A stretch of DNA of 50,993 nt from Nemertoderma westbladi. Lineage: Eukaryota > Animalia > Xenacoelomorpha. The stretch lies in assembly GCA_032718475.1 (NCBI GenBank), contig JAUCBJ010002889.1, forward strand, positions 1 to 50,993, written 5' to 3'. This document shows positions 10,999-21,596 of this stretch, piece by piece. The notes beneath the pieces were generated by a model. It was not told the origin of the DNA and made no database searches. It saw only the letters and a list, made by a program, of their open reading frames with translations. Made by a program: the position numbers and the translations under genes. Numbering within the stretch: the first letter of the stretch is position 1; each line of letters opens with the position of its first letter.

Positions 10999-11326
10999 GT
11001 TCCACTGTCTCAAGTATTTATGCATTCCGTATGATTTCTTTGTTCATTGCTGAATTAGTCCGTATTATTGTATTTAATTTACCTTTTGATAACGCAAATC
11101 GTTATCCGATTTATTTGTTATAAAATTGGCCGCTAGGCTAATTTTATTATATACTTATTCCGTGACATTTATTTGCTGTAAAATTGGCCGTTTAGGCTAA
11201 TTTTATCCATCTGCTATAAAATCGGCCGGTAGGCTAATTTTATATGACTGTAATTAGTACCGTTTAGATAAAAAACGGTAAGTTTGATACTTTGACACTC
11301 ACTTTACTTGACTTACAACTACCGAA

Positions 11327-13270
11327 ATGAGTGACAAACAAGACTATACGAAGAATACACAAACCGACTATGACTCATGTGACGGAGATAAGTCAGCAGC
11401 GGAAGAACAACAGGGGAAGACTCGCGAGCCTACCGAACCTACACCGTGTGCGTCACCAGTACATCCAACGGGAGTACCGGATGCCGTAGTACGAGGCGAC
11501 GGCAGGACCGAGGACTTTCTAACTGTTCCGCAACCTAGATACAGGGAAACGGACATGGTAAGTTCAGCAGGAAGCCAGGAGAGTGTGGTTAGAAGCGTCG
11601 GAGGTTACATGGCGCATATAACCAGGAGTATTGGAGAAGGCCAACGCATATTAAACGAGTTGACCGCTCCGATGTCTCGATTCGAGTTCTACACCCTCCA
11701 GGTTAGAGTACAAAGTAGAGTACACAAGTCCGTAGATAACCTAATTGGTCTACAAGATCTAGCTAGACAGAGACAGGACATGGATACTCAACTTAGAATC
11801 CTCGAGAAACTAATGATCGCTAGAGAGAAACTGATTCAGTTTAAGTCGACGATTAGGCAGGTACAACAGGAACAAGCGGACCAGTTGTTAGGTGAGTCAG
11901 TTTCGGACGAATTATTACAACCCGAGGAAGAACAGGAACTGTATAGGCTAGATGGACAATTGAAACACCTGACAGATCACTTACGCATGTGCGGCGAGGA
12001 CGTCGGAGATTGGGAAACCGTGCCGGAGGCTACGAGGGAAACTTCGCTCGCACAAATCGAACTGGCACCGGGAACACTAAATCAATCACTGGTGAGTATT
12101 CGCAGCGAAATTGGCGAGGTGAGTATGGCTACGTCAGAAATTGCTCGACAACAGCAGCTCTACAGACAACAACGAGAAATCGAGGAACAAACTCAGTTAT
12201 TGACGTTACAAGCAGCTGTAGAGGAAGATAAACTACGTGTCGCAAATGTTGCGAGAATTTCTCATCTGCAAGAACAAGCTGAGTTGGAAGCAGCCGAAGT
12301 GGAAAGGTTAGAGTTGGACATTGCACAACAAGCGGCAGCGGCCGAGTTAGCGCAACAAACAGCTGCGGCCGAGTTAGAGCGACAAAGGTTAGCTTCAGAA
12401 GCGAGAACCGAAATGAAAACACGGCAAATAAAGGCTCAGTCAGCTATACGACAAGCAGAGTTCGAGGCGCAACAACAACAAACGGAACAACGCGAGAAAG
12501 AAGTTAAACTTCGTTTCGAACTCGAGAAGAAGGCGAGAGAATTAGCCAACACCAACGAAGATCTGGATCTACAAGCCCGCGATCGATCGATGAGATCTCG
12601 AGACGGACATGATTTGGACCAGTTAGAGGTAAGACATCGCCAAATTCAGGAACGAAAGAAGGAAGGAAGCGTAGGAGCACCCGGATGGGAACGACAATTA
12701 GTAAAAGACTTGTGTCAACGATTCCCACAAGTAACTCCTATGTTTGCACCGGTTACGACTAAGGAACCTGTTTCGATTGCTGGTAGTAGTAATATTTCTC
12801 CTATCCATGGTGCGACGGAACACAGGTTTGTTATTCCGGACAAGTTTACACCGCCAAGAGCAACGTCATTGCCTATTCCAAAAGTCAAGGTAAGTAACCC
12901 ACCGATTACAGATCGTAGTAGTTTATTAGTCGGACCTGCACTACTGACGACTAAACAGGTGAGTCCACCTTTGACGCCAAAACCTGTTACACACTACGCT
13001 TACCCAATGACGTTTAGGCCAACAAGGCCTTTGGATTCAAACGCTGTCGTCCGACCACCGGTCCAGTTTACATCGCAATCTACGACTTCGAGGAAGACTT
13101 GTGAGCCTACCGAACAACGGAGATCAGTGGATACGCGACCGTTCAACCAGTGTACATCGCAATCTACGACTTCGAGGAAGACTTGTGAGCCTACCGAACA
13201 ACGGAGAACAGTGGATACGCGACCGTTCAACCAATTTACATCGCAATCAGACTTCGAGGAAGACTTGTGA
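11327..13270 (+). CDS. gag: N-terminal part of the BEL/Pao Gag (coiled-coil, Q/E/A-rich), frameshifted from the rest of the polyprotein
   Basis: ATG-initiated 647-aa ORF inside the element. Its TSRKTCEPTEQ repeat continues in the next ORF's frame after a net 2-nt loss near 13249. Confidence 0.8.
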   Translation: MSDKQDYTKNTQTDYDSCDGDKSAAEEQQGKTREPTEPTPCASPVHPTGVPDAVVRGDGRTEDFLTVPQPRYRETDMVSSAGSQESVVRSVGGYMAHITRSIGEGQRILNELTAPMSRFEFYTLQVRVQSRVHKSVDNLIGLQDLARQRQDMDTQLRILEKLMIAREKLIQFKSTIRQVQQEQADQLLGESVSDELLQPEEEQELYRLDGQLKHLTDHLRMCGEDVGDWETVPEATRETSLAQIELAPGTLNQSLVSIRSEIGEVSMATSEIARQQQLYRQQREIEEQTQLLTLQAAVEEDKLRVANVARISHLQEQAELEAAEVERLELDIAQQAAAAELAQQTAAAELERQRLASEARTEMKTRQIKAQSAIRQAEFEAQQQQTEQREKEVKLRFELEKKARELANTNEDLDLQARDRSMRSRDGHDLDQLEVRHRQIQERKKEGSVGAPGWERQLVKDLCQRFPQVTPMFAPVTTKEPVSIAGSSNISPIHGATEHRFVIPDKFTPPRATSLPIPKVKVSNPPITDRSSLLVGPALLTTKQVSPPLTPKPVTHYAYPMTFRPTRPLDSNAVVRPPVQFTSQSTTSRKTCEPTEQRRSVDTRPFNQCTSQSTTSRKTCEPTEQRRTVDTRPFNQFTSQSDFEEDL

Positions 13271-13297
13271 GCCTACCGAACAACGGAGATCAGTGGA
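13062..13297 (+). repeat. 84-bp tandem repeat (about 3 copies) within gag
   Basis: TACATCGCAATCTACGACTTCGAGGAAGACTTGTGAGCCTACCGAACAACGGAG recurs at 84-bp and then 82-bp spacing. Confidence 0.93.
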
Positions 13298-16200
13298 CGA
13301 TGTTCCGAAACGAAACGTTAGAATTCGTACGACGCAACGGACGCGAGCACGTCGACCACCATATCCAGATGATAGTAGTACTTCGAGCGAATCGGATTAC
13401 CCGAAACGCGAGGTATTTAGAACAGGGGCGGCCGATGAATATAAACGCGAGCGTTCAGACAACTCCTTTGTAGACAATCCTCCACAGAATACACCAACAC
13501 AGAAGGCGTTACAACCAACGGACGCAATCAGTACTCAACAGTTCGCCGACATCCTGCGACCAGTTGTTAACAAGTTGGCTCAGATCGAGGAACGTCTGGA
13601 GGAAGTTCAAACCGATAGTTCGAGGAACACTGAATTCGAACACAATAGACACCCGAAGGAACCACAAAGACCGGTACCTTCAAAACACCCATCGTATCAG
13701 GGAAAAGCGCCAAGAAGGGAGAATATCCGCCAGACTACCAACCAAGGACGCGAAACTCTGAACGTTGCCGAGGAGATAGCGAAATTCGCAGCCAGACAGG
13801 GATTGCCGGTGCAACAACCACCGAAGTTTTCCGGTAGCTCAAAACACTGGCACACTTTCGTAGACTATATCGAATCCCAGATCGCCGTGTGCGCCTTTAC
13901 ATCACGGGAGAAGTTTAATTACCTGCTCCAAACGTTGTCAGGAGAACCTAAACGTTTGGCAGAGACCTTCGTTGGTGTACCGGACGCCTTCGAACTAGCG
14001 TATGATCGTTTAACTTCGATATACGGAGGTACAGTCAGTATGGCCAGGTCAGTGATAGAAGAACTCTGTAAGGGAGGGGCTATCACTAAACCCGTCGACT
14101 TATTAAAACTGGCCGACGAGATAAAGAACGCTATCACTACTTTAAGATCCATTGGACAACTTGACTACGGGAATACCCCTACAGTCCTATTAAAGATCAT
14201 AGGACGACTCCACCATCGACTTCGTCGGGAGTGGAGAAAGATCGAAAACCAGCGAGAAGAGCGGGGTGGATTCTTAAAACTGGAGGATGTGTACCTTTTA
14301 ATATCCAGGGAGGCAGTAGTAGAAACTCGATCCAACTACACTGACCAGCACATCGTGGCAGAAGGAATCACATTGCCATCCTCCAACCGACAAAAACCCC
14401 AGACAACATCCACCAAGACGGCCACATACGCCACATCGACGGAAACCCGACAATTCTCGGACGGAAGTAGGGTATCTGCGCCCATTGGGACGAAACAGAC
14501 GAGACAGCAACTCAGTACCGACTTCAGCGGCTGCCAATACTGCGAGCATTTAGGCAAGCGGTATATCGGTCACAAGTTACGAAGTTGTCGACAGTTTCGC
14601 GAGTTGAACTCGGAAGAACGACGGCTGCAGATACGGCCATTGGACTCTTGTTGGCGGTGTACGCGACACGGACACGTCCGTAAAGATTGCCCAAATACCG
14701 ACACTTGTCCATTCTGTGGACGCAACCACGACGGTCTGCTCCACACAGACAGCCACACACCGACAAAACGCTTCGCCAGGGAACACCCGGAAGCAGCAGC
14801 GAGATGTGATGCGGCCTACAGAAAACGAGAATCGAAAACGACTCCAACCTTCGTGACCCATATTGAGGATTGCTTCTCAGAACAATCCGGATCGTCGGAC
14901 GAAGAGTCAGAAGACGACGACGTATATTCGGATGGAGATGAACACCCATCGATCGCGCTTCTGACTACTGACCAACTGAAGGGATTCAGTGTAATTCCGA
15001 TTAAGATTACTGGCACAAAGGGGAGTAAGAGAATCTACGCTATTCTAGATTCAGCCTCATCTCACAGCTACGTGGACGAGCAGATAGCTGACGTCGTGAC
15101 GGATCTCAGACAAGGTAAGCGCGTCAGTTATACCGTAAGTAGTATGCACGGACAGCGTGCAATACCAGTGACACGAGTTAAGTTGGACTTAGACACTCTT
15201 CTTCCAAAATCGCAACACAGCGAGAGGGAGAGGTCTTTGTTACCCTTCAAGGATCTGACTTTTGCGGCCACCAAAGACTTTAGTAACCTACTAGGTCCGG
15301 TCCCAGAACAATCCTTGGAGGACCGTAAGTATTTCAGACACCTTGGTGTACCTGAATGTCCTGTCAATTATAGATCGGTAGCCATGCTGATCGGGACGGA
15401 CCAATTCAACCTACATCAGGTGTGGGAAACCAGACCATCGGCAGTCGTAGCGGGAAACGCATACGCCTGTAGAACGCCGATAGGGTGGTATACTCGAGCG
15501 CCTGTGCGCACACTGGACATAAGTGACGAGGAAGACGATGTACAAAGTACATGTAGTTTATTAACTACAAATTCAATTCATTCCTTTTCACACGACGTGG
15601 ACCATACTACCTTACATACCAGACATGACAGACGTGTAACTAGTATGATAAGTCACAAGGAGCAGCTAACCCACCAGGTGAGTTTAGAACTTGGGGAGAA
15701 GACGAGTCAGTCAGAGATTCCATCGACGACAGATAATAACGCCGGAAGGCTTGCGAGTCTACCTACCCCAACGACCTCAACAATGCCCGTCGATATCGAT
15801 GATGACGCGTTGAAAATTCACCAATTGGAACAAGCTGTATTGGACAAAGAATTAACGGAGAAGACTATCAGGTGGTTAGAACAAGATACAGCTGAACCTG
15901 GTAGCTATGAACCATGTATGTCGGAACAGGAGAAACAATCTTTGAGGATCATGGAAGATACTATCCGCCAGACGAAAGACGGACATTATGAGGTGGGGAT
16001 GTTATGGCGTAGCCAAAGTCCTAAACTTATAAATAACTACCCACTAGCTCTAAGACGTCTACACTCAATACGGCAACGTCTATTAAAGGACGAGAAAGCC
16101 CATCTGCAGTATAACACTCAGATGGAGACGTATTTGACAAAGGGATACGCTATCCGAATGACTAACCCGGAGCGAGTGACTGACCAGACGTACTACTTGC

Positions 16201-19200
16201 CACATCACTACGTAAGACACCCCGACAAACCAGACAAAGTACGAGTAGTCAATGACTGTGCGGCTCTGTTTGAGGGAATGTCCCTCAATAGCGAGTTGAT
16301 GGATGGACCAAACATGAATAATTATCTTATGGGGGTGATTATGCGCTTCCGTCAGCGTCAAGTAGCTTTTACTTGCGACGTTGAAGCGATGTTTCACCAA
16401 GTGAGAGCGTTAGAGCGAGACAGAGACAGTTTGAGGTTCCTCTGGTATCCGGAAGGAGACTTAAGTCTACCACCGGCGACTTACCAAATGCAAGTTCGCG
16501 TTTTCGGTGCCAGGGACAGCCCAAACTGCACGATGTACGCCCTAAAACAAGCCGCTAGGGATCAGAAACACCTGTATGACCCAGAGATAATTAGGATTGT
16601 GGAACGTGACTTCTACGTCGACGACGGATTACAGAGTTGCGATACAGTAGAACGTGCTACAACAGTAGCACATCAATTACGGGACTGCTTAGCGGGCGGA
16701 GGTTTTAACCTCACCAAATTCGCCTCAAACAGTGCCGAATTAGTAGACTCATTCGGAACGACTGAGCGTGGAGGTGGTGACATAGACCTAGAGTTCGAAC
16801 CACTACCGACGACCAAGGTGATGGGGCTCTTTTGGGACCCAAACACGGACAACTTTCGAGTGAAAGTGAGACTGGACAGTCAAGAAAACACACTGACAAA
16901 GAGATCATGCTTGTCAAAATTGAGCCGATTGTTCGATCCATTAGGATTCATCAGTCCAGTAATACTGCAAGCTCGCATTTATATGCGCAGTATTTGGAAG
17001 GATGGACTGACATGGGACGAGCCGATCTCATCAGACCAAGTGGACTTATGGAAGACCTGGGAAGCGGAATTATCTTCGCTAGAGGATTATTCCATACCCA
17101 GAGTTTACTTTCCATTACAAACAACATTTCCTGACAACTTGGAATTACACTGTTTTTCTGACGCCAGTGACAACGGCTTTGGTGTGGCAGCGTACTTGCG
17201 CAGACAAGTAGACTCAGAAGCATTCGATGTTTCGCTCATTACTTCTAAGGCAAAAACAATGCCTACTAAGTATATGACGACACCACGAGCTGAGCTACAA
17301 GCCGCAACCCTGTCAACCACCATCGTGAACCTTATACAGACAGAACTACAGTCAAGTTTACAGATATTTTATTGGACTGACGCGACGTTGGTTTTATTTT
17401 ACATAAACAATGACACACTTGAATTCAAGACATTCGTAGCTAACCGTCGCGCAGAAATTCTAGACCGTTCAATAAAAGAGGATTGGCGAAATTGTCCCGG
17501 ACCACAAAACCCAGCTGATATTGCGTCGCGAGGAATGATGCCTGAGGAATTCTGTAAACCGGAGAACAAAGAATTTTGGCAACACGGACCCCAATTCTTG
17601 CAGAAATCGATGCAAGATTGGCCACCGTTATATGACAACAAGTCTAACACCATCCCTAAGGACGCCGAAATCAAGAAACCAAAAAAGGGGAAGGCAAAGA
17701 AAAAGACAACGGTGGCAAAACTCAAGAAAAAACCGAAGGCGAAATGGAAAGCGATAACTTCAAAGGTCAAGAGAGGAAGACTTGCGAGCCTTTCTACACC
17801 AGACATATCGCCAGACGGTCAAACAGACACGTTACTAGACAGCCAACCAGACATTTTGCCAGACATATCACAAAATGTTCTACCAGACACTAGTGACATA
17901 TTGACAAATAGTAAAGCCGCAGTTTCTCTATTGGAGCGGCCTTCTATTGACAAACAACCAGATACGTTACCAGACGTATCGCCAGACACGTTACTAGACG
18001 GTCAACCAGACGTTTTGCCAGACACGTCACTAGATATTTCGCCGGATGTTCCGCGAAACATTTTACCAGACATGTCACAAAATGATATACCAGACACTAG
18101 TAACATATTGATAAACAATAAAGCCGCAGTTTCCCTATTGGAGCGGCCTTGTATTGACAAACTACCAAATTTGACACACTTGAGCAACCATAAGCACGGT
18201 GAAACCTCATGTATTACAGATGTGGGTAGTACCTACGCTAATGTAAATACAGGTGTTACTCTGCGCTCAAGAGACATACCGAACTTACAACCTATGGTGA
18301 AACCTGGGATTAATATCGGCAGAAAAATAAGCTTACCGAAACCCACTGACCCCATAGAGTTCAAACCACCATTAACGATCGACTTACAAGGTACTGACAA
18401 TCAAGGTAAGAAGACGAAGAAGGACAAATTACTTGTAGACCCGGACGGATCAACAGTCAACAAGGGAATACTTACCGGCGGACCCGTGGGCCCTTCTAGT
18501 AAATCAAAACCTTCCAAAATCTCCATTGACTTACCTGATGACGTCACAAATACTCACGTCGACCGTATTGTAAACCTAACAGACTCTTGGACGAACGCTT
18601 GCCGAAAATTAGCGTGGATTGTACGTTTTGTACAATACGTTAAAGGCAAACGCGACTTTACACGTCGACTTACATTGGCTGAGATTGACAGGTGTGAAAT
18701 TAAATTAATTCGCCATTACCAACTGCGATATTTCGCACGCGAATTCACATCTATAAATCAAGGCCTACCAATCAAGTCGTCACCAATACTGAGTTGGAGT
18801 CCGATAATTTATAATGGCTTACTTTGTCATAAATCTCGGCTTCAAAACATTGACCTTAACACAAACTTTAGATACCCTATAATAATACCACAACATCACG
18901 AACTACAACGTGCAATGATACTGGACGCACATTTGCATCTGAAACACGCTGGAAGACACCACTGTCTTTCCTACTTACGTACAAGATTTGTATTAATTAG
19001 ACCCAGTAAAGCGTTAAGTTCAGTGACACGTACGTGTATTATTTGTAAAAAGGTACATTCTAGAATAGGTACCCAAGAAATGAGTGAACTTCCACAAGCA
19101 CGACTTCAAGCATTCAGACCACCTTTTACAGAGACTGGAATTGATTGCTTTGGTCCCATACATACGAAACGTGGACGTATACTAGTAAAACGCTGGGGAC

Positions 19201-20066
19201 TGATTTTCACATGTATGTCCAGTAGGGCAGTTCATATTGAACGTGTGATGGATCTTTCCACCAACGCGTTTATACTAGCATTGCGGCGATTTATCGCTAG
19301 ACGCGGACTAGTGAAATGCTTGTACTCAGACCAAGGGACAAACTTTGTTGGTGCTCGAAATGAGATTACTAGAGCCTTTAAGAAATTAGATCATGATCAA
19401 ATCTCGAACGAACTACAACCTCACAAGATTGTTTGGAAGTTTAATCCTCCAGATAGTCCATGGAGAGGCGGAGTCTGGGAGAGATTGATTAGATCTATAA
19501 AGACAGCCATGGCAAAGGTCATTCCAGTAAACCACATACTGACAGACGACCAACTGACAACATTGTTTGTTGAAATCGAGGCAATACTAAATACTAGACC
19601 AATAGTATTAGTACCCGATGACAAACAATCTCAGTTCGCTTTGACACCGGCACACCTGCTTATGCAGGCACCGACAACTTTGACGCCTATTTCTATTCCA
19701 ATAGAAAGCGATAGCTACGGTAGAAAAGCGTGGAAAATCACGCAACTACTAGCTAACAAATTCTGGGAAATATGGCAAAACCATTATTTGCCCTCTATTT
19801 CTGCCAGAACAACTTGGTACAATAACACCCGCGCATTAAAGCCGGGAGATCACGTGCTGTTAGCGGAAGTGTATCTAAAAAGACGCTTCTGGATAACAGG
19901 TGTAATTTTAGCCACACATCCATCTATGGATGGAGTGACAAGAACTGTGACAGTACGGACAATTGACGGTCGTACAGTTGACAGACCGACTCAACGTCTC
20001 GTACTTCTTGAAGAGACTCGTAACGAGTCTGGAGACTACAAATCTCCACCTAATACTAGTAAATAA
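13101..20066 (+). CDS. pol: BEL/Pao Gag-Pol polyprotein (capsid, 3 Zn knuckles, protease, RT, RNase H, integrase)
   Basis: Knuckles CQYC..H..C, CWRC..H..C, CPFC..H..LLH. Protease ILDSAS. RT YLPHH, RVVNDC, DVEAMFHQ, FGARDSP, FYVDD. RNase H HCFSDAS, PRAELQAA, YWTD, NPADIASRG. Integrase HHCC, GIDCFGP, SDQGTNF, GGVWERLIRSIK. Confidence 0.96.
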   Translation: MSLPNNGDQWIRDRSTSVHRNLRLRGRLVSLPNNGEQWIRDRSTNLHRNQTSRKTCEPTEQRRSVDDVPKRNVRIRTTQRTRARRPPYPDDSSTSSESDYPKREVFRTGAADEYKRERSDNSFVDNPPQNTPTQKALQPTDAISTQQFADILRPVVNKLAQIEERLEEVQTDSSRNTEFEHNRHPKEPQRPVPSKHPSYQGKAPRRENIRQTTNQGRETLNVAEEIAKFAARQGLPVQQPPKFSGSSKHWHTFVDYIESQIAVCAFTSREKFNYLLQTLSGEPKRLAETFVGVPDAFELAYDRLTSIYGGTVSMARSVIEELCKGGAITKPVDLLKLADEIKNAITTLRSIGQLDYGNTPTVLLKIIGRLHHRLRREWRKIENQREERGGFLKLEDVYLLISREAVVETRSNYTDQHIVAEGITLPSSNRQKPQTTSTKTATYATSTETRQFSDGSRVSAPIGTKQTRQQLSTDFSGCQYCEHLGKRYIGHKLRSCRQFRELNSEERRLQIRPLDSCWRCTRHGHVRKDCPNTDTCPFCGRNHDGLLHTDSHTPTKRFAREHPEAAARCDAAYRKRESKTTPTFVTHIEDCFSEQSGSSDEESEDDDVYSDGDEHPSIALLTTDQLKGFSVIPIKITGTKGSKRIYAILDSASSHSYVDEQIADVVTDLRQGKRVSYTVSSMHGQRAIPVTRVKLDLDTLLPKSQHSERERSLLPFKDLTFAATKDFSNLLGPVPEQSLEDRKYFRHLGVPECPVNYRSVAMLIGTDQFNLHQVWETRPSAVVAGNAYACRTPIGWYTRAPVRTLDISDEEDDVQSTCSLLTTNSIHSFSHDVDHTTLHTRHDRRVTSMISHKEQLTHQVSLELGEKTSQSEIPSTTDNNAGRLASLPTPTTSTMPVDIDDDALKIHQLEQAVLDKELTEKTIRWLEQDTAEPGSYEPCMSEQEKQSLRIMEDTIRQTKDGHYEVGMLWRSQSPKLINNYPLALRRLHSIRQRLLKDEKAHLQYNTQMETYLTKGYAIRMTNPERVTDQTYYLPHHYVRHPDKPDKVRVVNDCAALFEGMSLNSELMDGPNMNNYLMGVIMRFRQRQVAFTCDVEAMFHQVRALERDRDSLRFLWYPEGDLSLPPATYQMQVRVFGARDSPNCTMYALKQAARDQKHLYDPEIIRIVERDFYVDDGLQSCDTVERATTVAHQLRDCLAGGGFNLTKFASNSAELVDSFGTTERGGGDIDLEFEPLPTTKVMGLFWDPNTDNFRVKVRLDSQENTLTKRSCLSKLSRLFDPLGFISPVILQARIYMRSIWKDGLTWDEPISSDQVDLWKTWEAELSSLEDYSIPRVYFPLQTTFPDNLELHCFSDASDNGFGVAAYLRRQVDSEAFDVSLITSKAKTMPTKYMTTPRAELQAATLSTTIVNLIQTELQSSLQIFYWTDATLVLFYINNDTLEFKTFVANRRAEILDRSIKEDWRNCPGPQNPADIASRGMMPEEFCKPENKEFWQHGPQFLQKSMQDWPPLYDNKSNTIPKDAEIKKPKKGKAKKKTTVAKLKKKPKAKWKAITSKVKRGRLASLSTPDISPDGQTDTLLDSQPDILPDISQNVLPDTSDILTNSKAAVSLLERPSIDKQPDTLPDVSPDTLLDGQPDVLPDTSLDISPDVPRNILPDMSQNDIPDTSNILINNKAAVSLLERPCIDKLPNLTHLSNHKHGETSCITDVGSTYANVNTGVTLRSRDIPNLQPMVKPGINIGRKISLPKPTDPIEFKPPLTIDLQGTDNQGKKTKKDKLLVDPDGSTVNKGILTGGPVGPSSKSKPSKISIDLPDDVTNTHVDRIVNLTDSWTNACRKLAWIVRFVQYVKGKRDFTRRLTLAEIDRCEIKLIRHYQLRYFAREFTSINQGLPIKSSPILSWSPIIYNGLLCHKSRLQNIDLNTNFRYPIIIPQHHELQRAMILDAHLHLKHAGRHHCLSYLRTRFVLIRPSKALSSVTRTCIICKKVHSRIGTQEMSELPQARLQAFRPPFTETGIDCFGPIHTKRGRILVKRWGLIFTCMSSRAVHIERVMDLSTNAFILALRRFIARRGLVKCLYSDQGTNFVGARNEITRAFKKLDHDQISNELQPHKIVWKFNPPDSPWRGGVWERLIRSIKTAMAKVIPVNHILTDDQLTTLFVEIEAILNTRPIVLVPDDKQSQFALTPAHLLMQAPTTLTPISIPIESDSYGRKAWKITQLLANKFWEIWQNHYLPSISARTTWYNNTRALKPGDHVLLAEVYLKRRFWITGVILATHPSMDGVTRTVTVRTIDGRTVDRPTQRLVLLEETRNESGDYKSPPNTSK

Positions 20067-20726
20067 TTAGGAGTTTACAAATAGATTTCCACGTACCTGT
20101 ACACCGTAGTAAGGACAGCGGTAGAATTCCATTGTCTTTATATGTGAACATTGAGGGTGGTACCCTTATGTGTCACATAGGAGCGGGATTTGTAGGTATA
20201 AGAAATGGAATTCTACTTGGAACTCACAATATTGAGACATTTTCGAAATTTTAGACAATCCATTTGGATTTGAAAAATTTTTAAAAATTTTCTCCAGTGA
20301 ATAGATTTCAGGGTACAGTCGGGTGGAACTTAAAATTAGAGAAACAAGAGAGGAAGACTTGCGAGCCTTTCTTAAAATTTTAATTAAAATTTTACACGGT
20401 CTTGTTTCAATAAGTTACGTCAAAATAGACTCCCCTATATTTATTACTAATTCTTGACTGCTTATTTTCTGATAATAGTTTGGGATCAAAAAGTGAGTAT
20501 TTTAGACTCACAGCCAGTTTAGCCCAAATTCGTTTTTATTTCGGCAAAAATTTTAGATAAGAAGCAGCGTGTCATTAAAGAAACCCTAGATCTTAGGCTA
20601 TGGGTAGGAGGTTAGAGCGTTGTCGAGCCCAAAGGGCAGACGAAACTCTCACGTCTCCTCACAACTAACTACAAACTCTGTTGTATTCCCTCTAGTAGTA
20701 ATGATTATGTAACTACACCCCTAATT

Positions 20727-21560
20727 ATGGAGAAAGGGATACAAGGAGAGCCGAGATGGGGATATGATATCCAAGAGGAGGCAGCAGCGCCATTCGAAAG
20801 ATTTGGAGCCAAGGATTATACTATATTCGGTATAAAAGAATTATCGGAAAGTACAGCGAAACTCGCGAGAACTAAATATGACTCAAATGTATTAAAGAGA
20901 AGGCAAAACGCATTAAACGAAAGAATCGAAAGTTTGCGCCAAACCTTCAACGAACTTTACCCGTACGACGCTTTGTGTGATACGGGAGACATTAGCGAAG
21001 ACCCCGATACTGAAATTAGTCGTTTGTATCATACCATGCAATACCTAAAGGCGCACGAACCTATGCCCGCGGTAAGAGATGAATTTGATGGAATGCATCT
21101 TTACAGACGAACTCGAGGGGACGATAGAGAAACAAAGGAAGCATTTTCAGTTTATAAACTTTATTATCAATGCGGTTCTTGTATGCGTGAACAACGAAAT
21201 GCGATTCCGATGCGTTTGAATAAGGAAAATCCCGAACCGATATTGGCGAGGTGTTCGAACCATCAACAACTACGCTACCAGGAAGGAGGGTATCCTTTAT
21301 CAAATCCATATCATTCGTTTGCTATGACCGGACCAAAGGCGGGAGAAACTGTCGTTTACCCACCTAAGGTTGTTGAACCCGATGCATTTGAACTTACGCT
21401 GGACGAGGCGAATCAGTCAACCCGCAAAAGAAAGAAGCTCTTAGCCTATACAGAGCCTACAAGGCTTTCGAGAAAGGTGAGATGGAAGAATGGGGCAGAA
21501 GACTCGCGAGCCTACCTTACCATTGGACGTCACACGATCAAACGCCAGCTAAGGAGATGA
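20727..21560 (+). CDS. Accessory ORF3 of the retrotransposon (277 aa, unknown function, CxxC...CxxH motif)
   Basis: ATG-initiated sense ORF between pol and the 3' LTR. Contains YYQCGSC...ARCSNH and basic TRKRKK. No signal peptide or TM segment is visible, so it is not a typical env. Confidence 0.7.
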   Translation: MEKGIQGEPRWGYDIQEEAAAPFERFGAKDYTIFGIKELSESTAKLARTKYDSNVLKRRQNALNERIESLRQTFNELYPYDALCDTGDISEDPDTEISRLYHTMQYLKAHEPMPAVRDEFDGMHLYRRTRGDDRETKEAFSVYKLYYQCGSCMREQRNAIPMRLNKENPEPILARCSNHQQLRYQEGGYPLSNPYHSFAMTGPKAGETVVYPPKVVEPDAFELTLDEANQSTRKRKKLLAYTEPTRLSRKVRWKNGAEDSRAYLTIGRHTIKRQLRR

Positions 21561-21596
21561 CACCCGAAATTTTCGAAAGTATAAATTTTGCCCAAA

